Below, in pieces: positions 17,527-25,675 of a DNA stretch of 64,000 bases. The notes below the pieces were generated by a model that made no database searches, was not told where the DNA came from, and was given only the letters and a program-made list of their open reading frames with translations. Within the stretch, counting starts at the first letter, position 1. Every line of letters begins with the position of its first letter. This DNA is from a bacterium. Lineage in GTDB: Bacteria > Bacillota > Limnochordia > DTU080 > RSA5. Position numbers and translations under genes: made by a program. The DNA lies in the NCBI GenBank assembly GCA_002919195.1, contig PKEU01000149.1, positions 8,130 through 72,129 on the forward strand. The letters are read 5' to 3'.

Positions 17527-18159
17527 TCACGGAATTTGGTAGTCCCGATAGATGATGTCGAGGGTGAAACCAAAGGGTGTTGCCCGGGCTTTCTGCCTTG
17601 CCAAAAGTTGGTATCCCAAATCGCGTGTGTACTCTTGGCTGACATGGAGCTTGCCCCAGGGGTAGGCCGCCTCGGCTTTTTCGATCACCCACCGCTGGGG
17701 GTCGATCCAAAAAGTAGCCTCCCGAGCCCCGCTCCCTTGGTCCTTTAGGCGGGGGCCTTGGAGAACGTAAAGGCCGTCGTCTTGCACCTCGATCAGCCGC
17801 AGGTCAAACAAGTAAGGGCTCCGGCCCAGCTCCACGAGTTCGACGGCGAAGGAATCCGGCAAAAACGAGGGAGCGCCCTTGGTCTTCGACGAGACGCGGC
17901 CGTCGGGCTCCAGGCGTACCTCCGCTTCAAAGCGCCATGTGGAGAAGAAAGCCCTCAAGACGATTTCCTGGCGAAACCCGATGCCGGGGGGAAGCTCCGT
18001 CGCCCGGGTGACCTGCTCTAGGATCTCCGCGACGTCCAGTTCGGCCGGCGCCCGTGCTCGGCCTGGCTCCCCCAGCGCCCAAGGGGCGTGGGCGCCGACT
18101 ATGAGCAGCACGATCACTGCGCTGAAAACAACAGGTCGCGGCAACTTGAGGGAGACCAC
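17527..18159 (-). CDS. hypothetical exported protein (LolA-like / DUF with N-terminal signal anchor)
   Basis: Hydrophobic segment PVVFSAVIVLLIVGAHA near the N-terminus. Start placed at GTG about 18159, preceded by a G-rich SD; boundaries uncertain. Confidence 0.4.
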   Translation of the reverse strand: MVSLKLPRPVVFSAVIVLLIVGAHAPWALGEPGRARAPAELDVAEILEQVTRATELPPGIGFRQEIVLRAFFSTWRFEAEVRLEPDGRVSSKTKGAPSFLPDSFAVELVELGRSPYLFDLRLIEVQDDGLYVLQGPRLKDQGSGAREATFWIDPQRWVIEKAEAAYPWGKLHVSQEYTRDLGYQLLARQKARATPFGFTLDIIYRDYQIP

Positions 18160-18341
18160 GGGGGAGCGCCCCCTTTCCACCAACGTTGAGAAGACTCTGT
18201 TTCCGTGCGGGCCAAGAAAGGTATTGACAAATCTGGTGGTATCAGGCCAACTTCGGCGGCGCCCGGGCCGGATCCTTCCCTGGCGGTCTCCTTTCACCGC
18301 CAAGGCTCGTGTGTTATGCTTAAATTGCTGGGCAACGAGGG

Positions 18342-19145
18342 GTGATCGAGTTGCGCGAAGAGATCGTCACACTTACCTTGGAGGACCCGCGAAGCGCCTC
18401 GACCTGCATCGTGTGCGACAAGCCTTTAGGCCTAGGGGCTCAAGCCGTCTTTTGCCCCCGCTGCAAGACCCCTCATCACCTCGGCTGCTGGGTCGAAAAA
18501 GGCGGCTGCGGCAGGCAAGGTTGCCGGCAAGTCGCCCATCCCGACCTCCTGCCAAAAAAGATCGAAGAGCCAATTCGTCCCTCTAAGACCCCTGCTTGGG
18601 TCATCTGGGCCGTCGTGCTGGGTTTGGTCTTCGTCGCCGGAGGACTCACGTGGAGCGCCAAAAACGCTTCGGAGCTGAGGGCGTCCACGATGACCGTCAT
18701 GGTCCCCTCCCTCGACGACGAAGGGCTCTGGCTTCGAGCCGTCGAGGCGTACAACCAGGACCCCGCCAACACCAAGCGACTCGAGCTCTTGTACACGCCC
18801 TACGGCGTCATGGGCAATGCCTACGACCAGAAATTGGTCGTGCTGATCGCCGCGAGAGACGGGCCGGAGGTGGTCGTCCTCGAACCCGACCGCTTCCGGG
18901 CGTACGTCGAACAAGGGGCGCTCTTGCCCTTGGACGACCTGGTAGCCGCCCTCCAAAATCAGGGCATCTCCTTTGACGCCGAGCGGCTTGATGCAGCTCG
19001 ATACGAAGGCCGCATCTACGGGCTCCCCCACCCCGAGCGGGACGCGTATTTGGTAGCCCCTGTGGTCTCCCGTCACGGAGGTGCGGGTGAAGACGTGCTC
19101 CGGCACCTGGCTGCCCACCTGTACCAAGACGCGCCCGGCAATTGA
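18342..19145 (+). CDS. membrane protein with N-terminal zinc-ribbon and extracytoplasmic domain
   Basis: CIVCDKP...CPRCKTPHHLGCW...C Cys/His cluster, one TM helix (AWVIWAVVLGLVFVAGGL), then a soluble domain of unknown function. Confidence 0.5.
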   Translation: MIELREEIVTLTLEDPRSASTCIVCDKPLGLGAQAVFCPRCKTPHHLGCWVEKGGCGRQGCRQVAHPDLLPKKIEEPIRPSKTPAWVIWAVVLGLVFVAGGLTWSAKNASELRASTMTVMVPSLDDEGLWLRAVEAYNQDPANTKRLELLYTPYGVMGNAYDQKLVVLIAARDGPEVVVLEPDRFRAYVEQGALLPLDDLVAALQNQGISFDAERLDAARYEGRIYGLPHPERDAYLVAPVVSRHGGAGEDVLRHLAAHLYQDAPGN

Positions 19146-19165
19146 CGGACCGGGCGCGTTTTGCC
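19131..19165 (+). terminator. rho-independent terminator
   Basis: 8-bp stem GCGCCCGG / CCGGGCGC around an 11-nt loop that contains the stop codon of the preceding gene, followed by GUUUUGCC. Confidence 0.5.
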
Positions 19166-19206
19166 TTGCGTGTCCTCTCCTGAGCACAAAAGCTGCGGCA
19201 GCTGGA

Positions 19207-19674
19207 CTACACGAGCCTACGGTATGCCCCTTGGAAAAAGATCAGGGGTTTTCCGCCCGGAGCGTCGAGAGCCTCGACTTTCCCCACGATGATCGTGTGG
19301 TCGCCGCCATCATAGGTGCGCCAGACGGTGCAATCTAGCCACGCCAAAGACTCCTTGATCACCGGCGTTCCCAAGCCTTCTTCGATAAACGTGACGTCGA
19401 TCGGAATTTCCCTGGCTCCCGCAAAGTGTCGGGAGACGTTTTCGTGGTCTTCGGCCAAGACGCTCACGCCAAACCTGCCCACTTCCTGGATCAGGGCGTG
19501 GGTCCGGTTGCGTTTGTCGATACAGACTAGCACCAGCGGCGGGTCCAAAGAGACCGACGTAAAGGCGTTGGCGGTCATGCCGTGAAGCCCCTCAGGCCCT
19601 TTGACCGTGATTACCGTCACTCCCGTGGCAAACTGCCCCAAAGCGTTGCGAAACGCCCGTGAGTCAAAGGTCAT
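19207..19674 (-). CDS. flavin reductase family protein (NADH:FMN oxidoreductase, RutF/HpaC-like)
   Basis: 155 aa; FRNALGQFATGVTVITV ... MTANAFTSVSLDPPLVLVCI pattern typical of the flavin reductase-like domain. Confidence 0.8.
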   Translation of the reverse strand: MTFDSRAFRNALGQFATGVTVITVKGPEGLHGMTANAFTSVSLDPPLVLVCIDKRNRTHALIQEVGRFGVSVLAEDHENVSRHFAGAREIPIDVTFIEEGLGTPVIKESLAWLDCTVWRTYDGGDHTIIVGKVEALDAPGGKPLIFFQGAYRRLV

Positions 19675-19823
19675 GTCGTTCCTCCCCGTACGCAGTCAAT
19701 ATCTCTTTCACCGTACCGAAAGCGGCGGGAGTTTGCAACTCTGTGGTACAATCGGGACGGATAGGCGCGCCGGCTCGAAGCTTAAAGGCCCAGGTCGCGC
19801 TCGATGCTTCAGGAGGAGTGCCT

Positions 19824-20447
19824 ATGCTGGAAATCCACGCCCTTTCCATCGGCCCGATCGCGACCAACTGCTACATCGTGCGCCACCCGTCAGGCCGGTG
19901 TTTTGTCGTCGACCCCGGTTGCGACTGGCAACCCATCCTCGATGCCGTACAAGGGCTTGAAGTGAGCGATATCCTGATCACCCACGCGCACTGGGATCAC
20001 ATCGGCGGGGTCGGCGCCCTCAAAGAGAAGACCGGCGCCCGCATTTGGGCCCCTGCGAAAGAAGCACACTGGTTGGCTGACCCTACTCTCAACCTCTCGC
20101 CAGGACCCCAGTTTTGGCCGCAACCGATCACGGCGCCTCCCGCCGACGAGCTCTTGGAAGGTGGCGAGACGATCCAGCTCTTGGGAGAGGTGATCGAGGT
20201 GCGGGCCACACCCGGCCACTCCCCGGGGCACCTCTCCTACGTGATGGGCGACGTCGTCTTTGGCGGAGACGTCCTCTTTGCCGGCTCGGTGGGACGCACC
20301 GACCTTCCCGGAGGCGACTGGGAGTTGCTCCTTCGAAGCATCCGCGAACAGCTTTTTACGCTGGATCCCAAGACGACGGTTTTGCCGGGCCACGGTCCGG
20401 CGACGACCATCGAGCGGGAGATGCAGACCAATCCGTTCCTCCGGTAA
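19824..20447 (+). CDS. MBL-fold metallo-hydrolase (hydroxyacylglutathione hydrolase-like)
   Basis: ITHAHWDHIGG (HxHxDH), later H and D ligands, GHSPGH. Start ATG 19824 with AGGAGG 8 nt upstream. An extended -10 TGGTACAAT lies about 19744-19752. Confidence 0.8.
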   Translation: MLEIHALSIGPIATNCYIVRHPSGRCFVVDPGCDWQPILDAVQGLEVSDILITHAHWDHIGGVGALKEKTGARIWAPAKEAHWLADPTLNLSPGPQFWPQPITAPPADELLEGGETIQLLGEVIEVRATPGHSPGHLSYVMGDVVFGGDVLFAGSVGRTDLPGGDWELLLRSIREQLFTLDPKTTVLPGHGPATTIEREMQTNPFLR

Positions 20448-20473
20448 GGTTCGCCCTTTTCTCCCAGAAATGA

Positions 20474-20502
20474 TTGACGGTGGACGAGCCCCTGGGTATA
20501 AT
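20474..20502 (+). promoter_or_regulatory. sigma-A-type promoter for the aroF leader transcript
   Basis: -35 TTGACG (20474-20479), 17-nt spacer, -10 TATAAT (20497-20502). Confidence 0.6.
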
Positions 20503-20552
20503 GATCTCAACTTCTTTGATCGATCCAGCAGAGCCTACGGGAGGTGCACACG

Positions 20553-20642
20553 GTGCGGGCCGTCATCCAGCGCGAACAGAGCATGGCTTGGGGCTTTTTC
20601 GCTTTTGGGTACTGGTACGGCTTTCCGTATCGTGTGCCCTAA
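20553..20642 (+). CDS. candidate aromatic-amino-acid-rich leader peptide of the DAHP synthase attenuator
   Basis: From GTG 20553 (GGGAGGTG SD 6 nt upstream) to TAA 20640-20642: MRAVIQREQSMAWGFFAFGYWYGFPYRVP. The last 16 codons contain 4 Phe, 3 Tyr and 2 Trp. Alternative ATG start at 20583 has a weak SD. Confidence 0.6.
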   Translation: MRAVIQREQSMAWGFFAFGYWYGFPYRVP

Positions 20643-20728
20643 AGCGAGTCGCCTCTAGAGAGGACGGGTCGAGGGCACACGAAAGCCCCCGGCCCTATTT
20701 TTATACGCATCATGCAGAGAAAATTTCA

Positions 20729-20765
20729 GGGCCGCGGGCTATAGCACCAGCGGCCCTTTCCTTTT
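20729..20765 (+). terminator. leader (attenuator) intrinsic terminator immediately upstream of the DAHP synthase RBS
   Basis: 7-bp GC stem GGGCCGC (20729-35) / GCGGCCC (20750-56) with a 14-nt loop, followed by UUUCCUUUU. An upstream segment GCCCCCGGCCCU (20685-96) can pair 11/12 with AGGGCCGCGGGC (20728-39), a candidate antiterminator. Confidence 0.55.
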
Positions 20766-20798
20766 GCAGGCGGCCATCACAAACTGGAGGGATGAAGC

Positions 20799-21596
20799 AT
20801 GCCACTAAATCCCAAGGAGTTTGTCGTCATTGCGGGACCGTGCGCCGTCGAAACCTACGAGACCACGCTGCAATGCGCTAAAGGCGTCCGCCAAGCGGGA
20901 GCGACCTTCTTCCGGGCGGGAGCCTACAAGCCCAGGACCAACCCCAGGTCCTTTCAAGGCCTGGGCGAAAAGGGTCTGGAGATCCTGGCCGCCGTGCGCA
21001 AAGAGACGGGCCTTGCCATCGTCACCGAAGTGATGGAGCCCGCCGCCGTCGAGAAGGTGGCCGCCTACGCCGACGTATTGCAGATCGGCACACGCAACAT
21101 GAGCAACTTCCCCCTTCTCAAGGAGGTGGGAAAAGCCCGAATTCCCGTGATCCTCAAACGTGGGATGGCGGCCACCCTGGACGAGTTCCTTCACGCGGCG
21201 GAATACATACTAGACGGAGGAAACGACCAAGTGATCCTCTGCGAGCGCGGGATCCGGACCTTTGAGACGTACACGCGCAACACCCTTGACCTCAGCGCTG
21301 TGCCGGCTCTGAAAGAGCGCGCCGATCTGCCGGTCGTCGTCGATCCGAGCCACGGCACTGGCCGCCGCTCGCTCGTGCCCCCCATGTCGCTCGCCGCCCT
21401 CGCCGCCGGCGCCGACGGCTTGCTCATCGAAGTGCATCCCGACCCCGACAACTCGTGGACGTCCGACGGCAAGCAGTCCCTCGACCTGGCAGGTTTTCAC
21501 CAGCTGATGGCCGACCTCAAGCGGCTCGCACCTCATTTTGGGCGCACGCTCCCTGTACTGCGGGAGCAGGCGGCGGCGCAAGCTGCCCGCCTCTAA
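20799..21596 (+). CDS. 3-deoxy-7-phosphoheptulonate (DAHP) synthase, class I-beta (KDO8PS-like fold)
   Basis: 265 aa; GAYKPRTNPRSFQGLG (KPRT[SN]P is the DAHPS I-beta signature rather than KdsA) and the DPSH metal-site motif. GGAGGG SD 7 nt upstream. Confidence 0.9.
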   Translation: MPLNPKEFVVIAGPCAVETYETTLQCAKGVRQAGATFFRAGAYKPRTNPRSFQGLGEKGLEILAAVRKETGLAIVTEVMEPAAVEKVAAYADVLQIGTRNMSNFPLLKEVGKARIPVILKRGMAATLDEFLHAAEYILDGGNDQVILCERGIRTFETYTRNTLDLSAVPALKERADLPVVVDPSHGTGRRSLVPPMSLAALAAGADGLLIEVHPDPDNSWTSDGKQSLDLAGFHQLMADLKRLAPHFGRTLPVLREQAAAQAARL

Positions 21597-21611
21597 ACGG
21601 CGCGAGAGCGA

Positions 21612-21683
21612 GAGCCTGAAAGGCCTTTCCCGTCAGGCTCAAAAAGAGATCACGGGCGGTTTACTCGCCCGTGATCTCTTTCA
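21612..21683. terminator. tandem hairpins forming a bidirectional terminator between convergent aroF and M42 peptidase genes
   Basis: Hairpin 1: GAGCCTGA...TCAGGCTC (21612-21640). Hairpin 2: perfect 15-bp stem AAGAGATCACGGGCG / CGCCCGTGATCTCTT (21644-21680), with a 7-nt loop, flanked by AAAAA upstream and TTT downstream. Hairpin 2 overlaps the last ~7 codons of the minus-strand gene. Confidence 0.55.
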
Positions 21684-22737
21684 CCCGGTCGGCGTCGAGA
21701 CGGCGAATCACCTCGACCATCAACCGGGCCGTGTTTTCCACGTCGTCGAGGTGCAGGATCCCGGCGTGGCTGTGGATGTAGCGGACCGGCACCGCGATGG
21801 CCAACGACGGAACGCCCCTGCCAAAAAGGTGCATCCTGCCCGCGTCGGTCCCTCCGCCTGCCATAGAGTCAAATTGGATAGGTATGCCGCACTCCTCGGC
21901 GACGTCGAGGACGAAATCGCGGAGCCTGCGGTGAGGCACCAGCGACGCGTCGTACAAGAGGATCACGGGGCCCTGGCCCAGCTTTTCTTGAGCGTCTTCC
22001 TTGCGGATCCCCGGTGTATCCCCGGCGACTCCCGTGTCGAGGGCAAAGGCGATATCGGGTTCGACCGCAAAGGTGCTGGTGGCCGCCCCCCGCAAGCCGA
22101 CCTCTTCCTGTACCGTAGCCACGCCATAGGCGGTGTTGGGGTGGGGGACCGACTGCAGCCTCTTGATGATCTCGACCACCAGAGCGCATCCGACCCGGTT
22201 GTCAAAGGCCTTGGCCATCACGTACTTGGGGTTGGCCAGGGGAGTGTACGGGCAGAGGGGAACGATGGGATCCCCCGGACGCACTCCCTTTTCCATAGCC
22301 TCTTCCCGGCTCGCAACCCCGATGTCAACAAACATGTCCTTCTTTTCGACGATCTTCTTCCGCTCTTCGGCCGAGAGGATGTGGGGCGGCTTGGAGCCGA
22401 TGACGCCCACAAGCTCACCCTTGCGGGTGTGGACCACCACCCGCTGAGCCAACATCACCTGCTCCCACCACCCGCCGAGGGTTTGAAATTTGAGGTACCC
22501 CTCGTCGGTGATCTGCGTGACCATAAAGCCGACCTCATCCATATGTCCCGCAAACATGATCCGGGGCGAGTCGGCCGAGCCTTGCTTCCTGGCGATCAGG
22601 CTGCCCAACCGGTCGCCGGAAAGCTCGCACAGGCCTTGGAGACGACTTTCCATAATCTTGCGCACCGGCTCTTCAAACCCCGGTACGCCGGGTGCCTCCG
22701 TCAGCTCCCTTAGCAGCTCGTTGATCGACTCCGACAT
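21661..22737 (-). CDS. M42 family metallopeptidase (glutamyl aminopeptidase / Frv-like)
   Basis: HMDEVGFMV..., DNRVGCA..., EEVGLRGA..., typical M42 metal-ligand motifs. Start ATG 22737 with GGGGAAAGAGG SD. Confidence 0.8.
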   Translation of the reverse strand: MSESINELLRELTEAPGVPGFEEPVRKIMESRLQGLCELSGDRLGSLIARKQGSADSPRIMFAGHMDEVGFMVTQITDEGYLKFQTLGGWWEQVMLAQRVVVHTRKGELVGVIGSKPPHILSAEERKKIVEKKDMFVDIGVASREEAMEKGVRPGDPIVPLCPYTPLANPKYVMAKAFDNRVGCALVVEIIKRLQSVPHPNTAYGVATVQEEVGLRGAATSTFAVEPDIAFALDTGVAGDTPGIRKEDAQEKLGQGPVILLYDASLVPHRRLRDFVLDVAEECGIPIQFDSMAGGGTDAGRMHLFGRGVPSLAIAVPVRYIHSHAGILHLDDVENTARLMVEVIRRLDADRVKEITGE

Positions 22738-22872
22738 CCTCTTTCCCCTTTCCGTGTCATCACTTTTGAAACGATTGGGCCGTCTCAACACCGCGTCAGC
22801 CAGCAGGCATTTGCCGTGGCGACTCGAACAGCATCAAGGAATCATGCGAAGCAGACGGGAGGACGTACCTCC

Positions 22873-23085
22873 ATGATCAGGCTCGGCCGCCTACTCTTTC
22901 TCCTTCTTGTCATCGCCGGCGTTATCGTAGCGCTGCGCCGCCTCAGCGAGCAGCACGTGCTCTGGAGCGACGTGGCCCTTACTGGACTCTGGTTTGTCGT
23001 AGGCTTGCTCGCTTTTTTCCTGCTCTTACTAGGCTTTGGCAAACTCCTGGGGCGTTGGCTATCCAGCGACAAGTCCCAAGAGTGA
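22873..23085 (+). CDS. small hypothetical membrane protein (2 TM)
   Basis: 70 aa from ATG 22873 (GGGAGGA 9 nt upstream); two hydrophobic helices. Confidence 0.4.
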   Translation: MIRLGRLLFLLLVIAGVIVALRRLSEQHVLWSDVALTGLWFVVGLLAFFLLLLGFGKLLGRWLSSDKSQE

Positions 23086-23092
23086 CTCCCTC

Positions 23093-23584
23093 TTACGCCG
23101 GGCGGACGATCCACGCAGCGAACCGGAGCCTTTCCCACACCCAAACGTAGAAAAAACTCCCTAGCCAAAAGCCGACCGGCGCCGGCAAGATCAGCCGGTG
23201 GGGAAACCAACCTCTCCAAACGTCGATTCCCACCACAGGACACAAGAGCAAGATGAGCCCGGTCAAGATCACGCTGTACCCCGCCGCGGTGAGCCGGAAG
23301 CGGTCCTGCTCGCTCAGCACAGCCAAAGCCAGTCCCCCCGCGCCCGCGGCGAGAAGCACGACGAGCGTGCTCAACCCAAAGGCGACCCAACTGGCCCAGC
23401 CGCCCAGAGCTTGAGCGACTTTCACAAAGGTGCCGACAGGCACGACTTCAAAAAGACGGAGGGCGATCAACTCCGGCGGAAAAGGCACAAGCTCCCCTAG
23501 ACGGGCGATGCCCATCATCGCGAGCGCCGCAGCGCCGGCGCCCACGCCGCGGATGAAAGCCCTGCGCGGCCGGACCACGGCCAT
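23093..23584 (-). CDS. hypothetical integral membrane protein
   Basis: 163 aa, 4-5 predicted TM segments, no recognised motif. Confidence 0.45.
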   Translation of the reverse strand: MAVVRPRRAFIRGVGAGAAALAMMGIARLGELVPFPPELIALRLFEVVPVGTFVKVAQALGGWASWVAFGLSTLVVLLAAGAGGLALAVLSEQDRFRLTAAGYSVILTGLILLLCPVVGIDVWRGWFPHRLILPAPVGFWLGSFFYVWVWERLRFAAWIVRPA

Positions 23585-23587
23585 CCG

Positions 23588-23992
23588 TTAAAGCCTCTCC
23601 TCACCCGGTTCGGGCGCCTTGCTCCGCATAAAGCGGAACAAAAGCGCGCCGAGGACGGTGACAGCCACGATCACCACCGCTTTCACGACCACCGGCATCA
23701 ACGTCATGAGCGTCCCGACCACAAAGAGCAAATAGGCGGCGATCAAGCCTCCGTAAAGCAGCGGGTCGACGACGTTGACGGGCTTTTTCGGCACCGGGAT
23801 AATTCCCAAGATGCGGAGCGGCTGGTCGACGGGATGAGCGTAGCGAAAGTCGAAGTAGGCGCCCGGACAACCCCGAGGGCAGGTGTACTGGCGCACATCC
23901 CGGTAAAGGACCATGCCCCGCGGGGTATGGCGGTAGTGCTCGCCTACCTTGTACACCATCTCTTCTCCGCAGACTTGGCACTTGCGAGACAT
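23588..23992 (-). CDS. zinc-ribbon-containing membrane protein
   Basis: CQVCGEEM...CPRGCPGAYF four-Cys ribbon followed by TM helices. Confidence 0.45.
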   Translation of the reverse strand: MSRKCQVCGEEMVYKVGEHYRHTPRGMVLYRDVRQYTCPRGCPGAYFDFRYAHPVDQPLRILGIIPVPKKPVNVVDPLLYGGLIAAYLLFVVGTLMTLMPVVVKAVVIVAVTVLGALLFRFMRSKAPEPGEERL

Positions 23993-24017
23993 CCCACCAC
24001 TGCCTCCTAACAGCGAC

Positions 24018-25622
24018 TTACCATCCTAGGGCGTAGCCGTCCCCCCGGGGATCTGCGGCTCCGATCAAGAGGTCGCCATCGATCCAAACGCCTTGAGCAT
24101 GGCCCATCACATCTTCCCAAGGCCCCACGACAACCACATCGTGGCCCATCTGCCGCAGATCGTGGGCGACCTTTTCCCCAAACCGGGATTCGAGGTACAA
24201 CCGGGCCCCCGCCCTTTGGGGCCCCACGTCCCCATGAAGCCACCGGGGTGCTTCAATAGCCTCCTGAAGATCCATACCGTGGTCAAACAAGTTGGAAAAG
24301 ACCTGCATATGGGTCTGAGGCTGCCCGTCGCCCCCCATGGTACCAAAGGCTAGCACGGGGCGATCTCCCTTAAAGACCATCGACGCGATCAGCGTGTGAA
24401 AGGGCCGTTTCCCGGGCGCAATCACGTTGGGGTGCGACGGGTCGAGCGAAAAGTAGGACCCGCGGTTGTGCAGCGATATGCCTGTCCCTTCGGGCACTAC
24501 CAGCGCGCCAAAGCCTTGAAAGAGGCTCTGGACACACGAGACGATGTTGCCGTGACCGTCCACAATGGCAAAGTACGTCGTCCCCCCCGGATGCGGTTGC
24601 ACTTCCTCAGGATCCACCGCGTGCTCGGGGTCGATCCGGCTCCGCAGCTCGCTCGCGTAACTCTTGGAAAGGAGTCGCTCGAGAGGAGCCTGGTAAAAGG
24701 CGGGGTCGGCCACGTGGCGATCACGCTCGGCAAAGGCTAACTTCTTCGCTTCGATCTGCAGGTGGAGCCTTTTTGCGTCCAGCCACTCCCCGCCCATCGC
24801 AAACCCTTCCATGATGTTGAGGCCGATGAGAGCGGCGAGGCCTTGAGTGTTGGGTGGCGTCTCAAAAATGGTATACCCCCGATACTCGGTCTGGATCGGC
24901 TCGCCCCATTCCGAGGAATGCAGAGCCAGGTCCTCCAGGGTAAACCAGCCTCCCAGCGAATCAGAGAGGTCGACGATCGCCCGGGCAATGGGACCTTTGT
25001 AAAACGCGTCGCGCCCTCCTTCGGCGATGAGGGTCAGCGATCGGGCTAGATCCCGCTGGACGAAACGGCTCCCGGCCTTTGGCGCCCGTCCCTGCGGGGC
25101 GTAGGTCGCGGTCCACGAAGGATGCGGATCGAGCTTTAACGTCGCGGCAATAGCCGCCGCCATCTTGTCGCTGATGGGAAAACCTTGATCAGCCAGCCGG
25201 ATCGCGGGCGCGAGCAGCTCGGCGACCGGGAGGCTCCCGTAGGCCTCGTGCATCGTAAACCAAGCATCGACGCAGCCGGGGACGCTCACCGAGCGGATGC
25301 CCCGCTGGGGCATCGCGGCCCCCGACTGCAACAACGCCACATCCGTCGCCGCGGGCGTCCTGCCACTGCCGTTGAGAAAACGGACTCGCCCCTCTTTGGC
25401 CCAATAGATCAGGGCGAAAAGATCTCCGCCAATGCCGCAAGCACCCGGCTGCGTCACATTGAGAACGGCGTTGACGGCGATCGCGGCGTCGACCGCGTTG
25501 CCCCCGCGCCGCAACACGTCGACACCCGCCAGCGACGCCAAAGGATGCGCCGACGCGACCATCCCGTGGTAACCCATGACGAGAGGGCGATGGCGCTTGG
25601 GCCGCAATCGGGAAGAGCTCAT
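24018..25622 (-). CDS. ggt: gamma-glutamyltransferase
   Basis: 534 aa; the GGT autoprocessing/nucleophile region (...LAFGTMGGDGQPQ...) and overall GGT family pattern. Confidence 0.85.
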   Translation of the reverse strand: MSSSRLRPKRHRPLVMGYHGMVASAHPLASLAGVDVLRRGGNAVDAAIAVNAVLNVTQPGACGIGGDLFALIYWAKEGRVRFLNGSGRTPAATDVALLQSGAAMPQRGIRSVSVPGCVDAWFTMHEAYGSLPVAELLAPAIRLADQGFPISDKMAAAIAATLKLDPHPSWTATYAPQGRAPKAGSRFVQRDLARSLTLIAEGGRDAFYKGPIARAIVDLSDSLGGWFTLEDLALHSSEWGEPIQTEYRGYTIFETPPNTQGLAALIGLNIMEGFAMGGEWLDAKRLHLQIEAKKLAFAERDRHVADPAFYQAPLERLLSKSYASELRSRIDPEHAVDPEEVQPHPGGTTYFAIVDGHGNIVSCVQSLFQGFGALVVPEGTGISLHNRGSYFSLDPSHPNVIAPGKRPFHTLIASMVFKGDRPVLAFGTMGGDGQPQTHMQVFSNLFDHGMDLQEAIEAPRWLHGDVGPQRAGARLYLESRFGEKVAHDLRQMGHDVVVVGPWEDVMGHAQGVWIDGDLLIGAADPRGDGYALGW

Positions 25623-25675
25623 CGTACGCCTCCGAAAAACCAGCCTTTGTCGGCCTCGATTTTGCCTGGGTCCTG

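Noticed and set aside
20510-20768. T-box riboswitch (tRNA-sensing leader), as expected for aromatic biosynthesis genes in Firmicutes
   Set aside because: No match to the conserved T-box sequence (AGGGUGGNACCGCG) and no Stem-I AG-bulge / specifier-loop architecture could be found. The region instead encodes a translatable aromatic-rich peptide with a strong SD.
20474-20881. 135-aa plus-strand ORF spanning the aroF upstream region into aroF
   Set aside because: Out of frame with aroF. It crosses the promoter, leader hairpins and terminator. The short aromatic-rich uORF with its own SD explains the region better.
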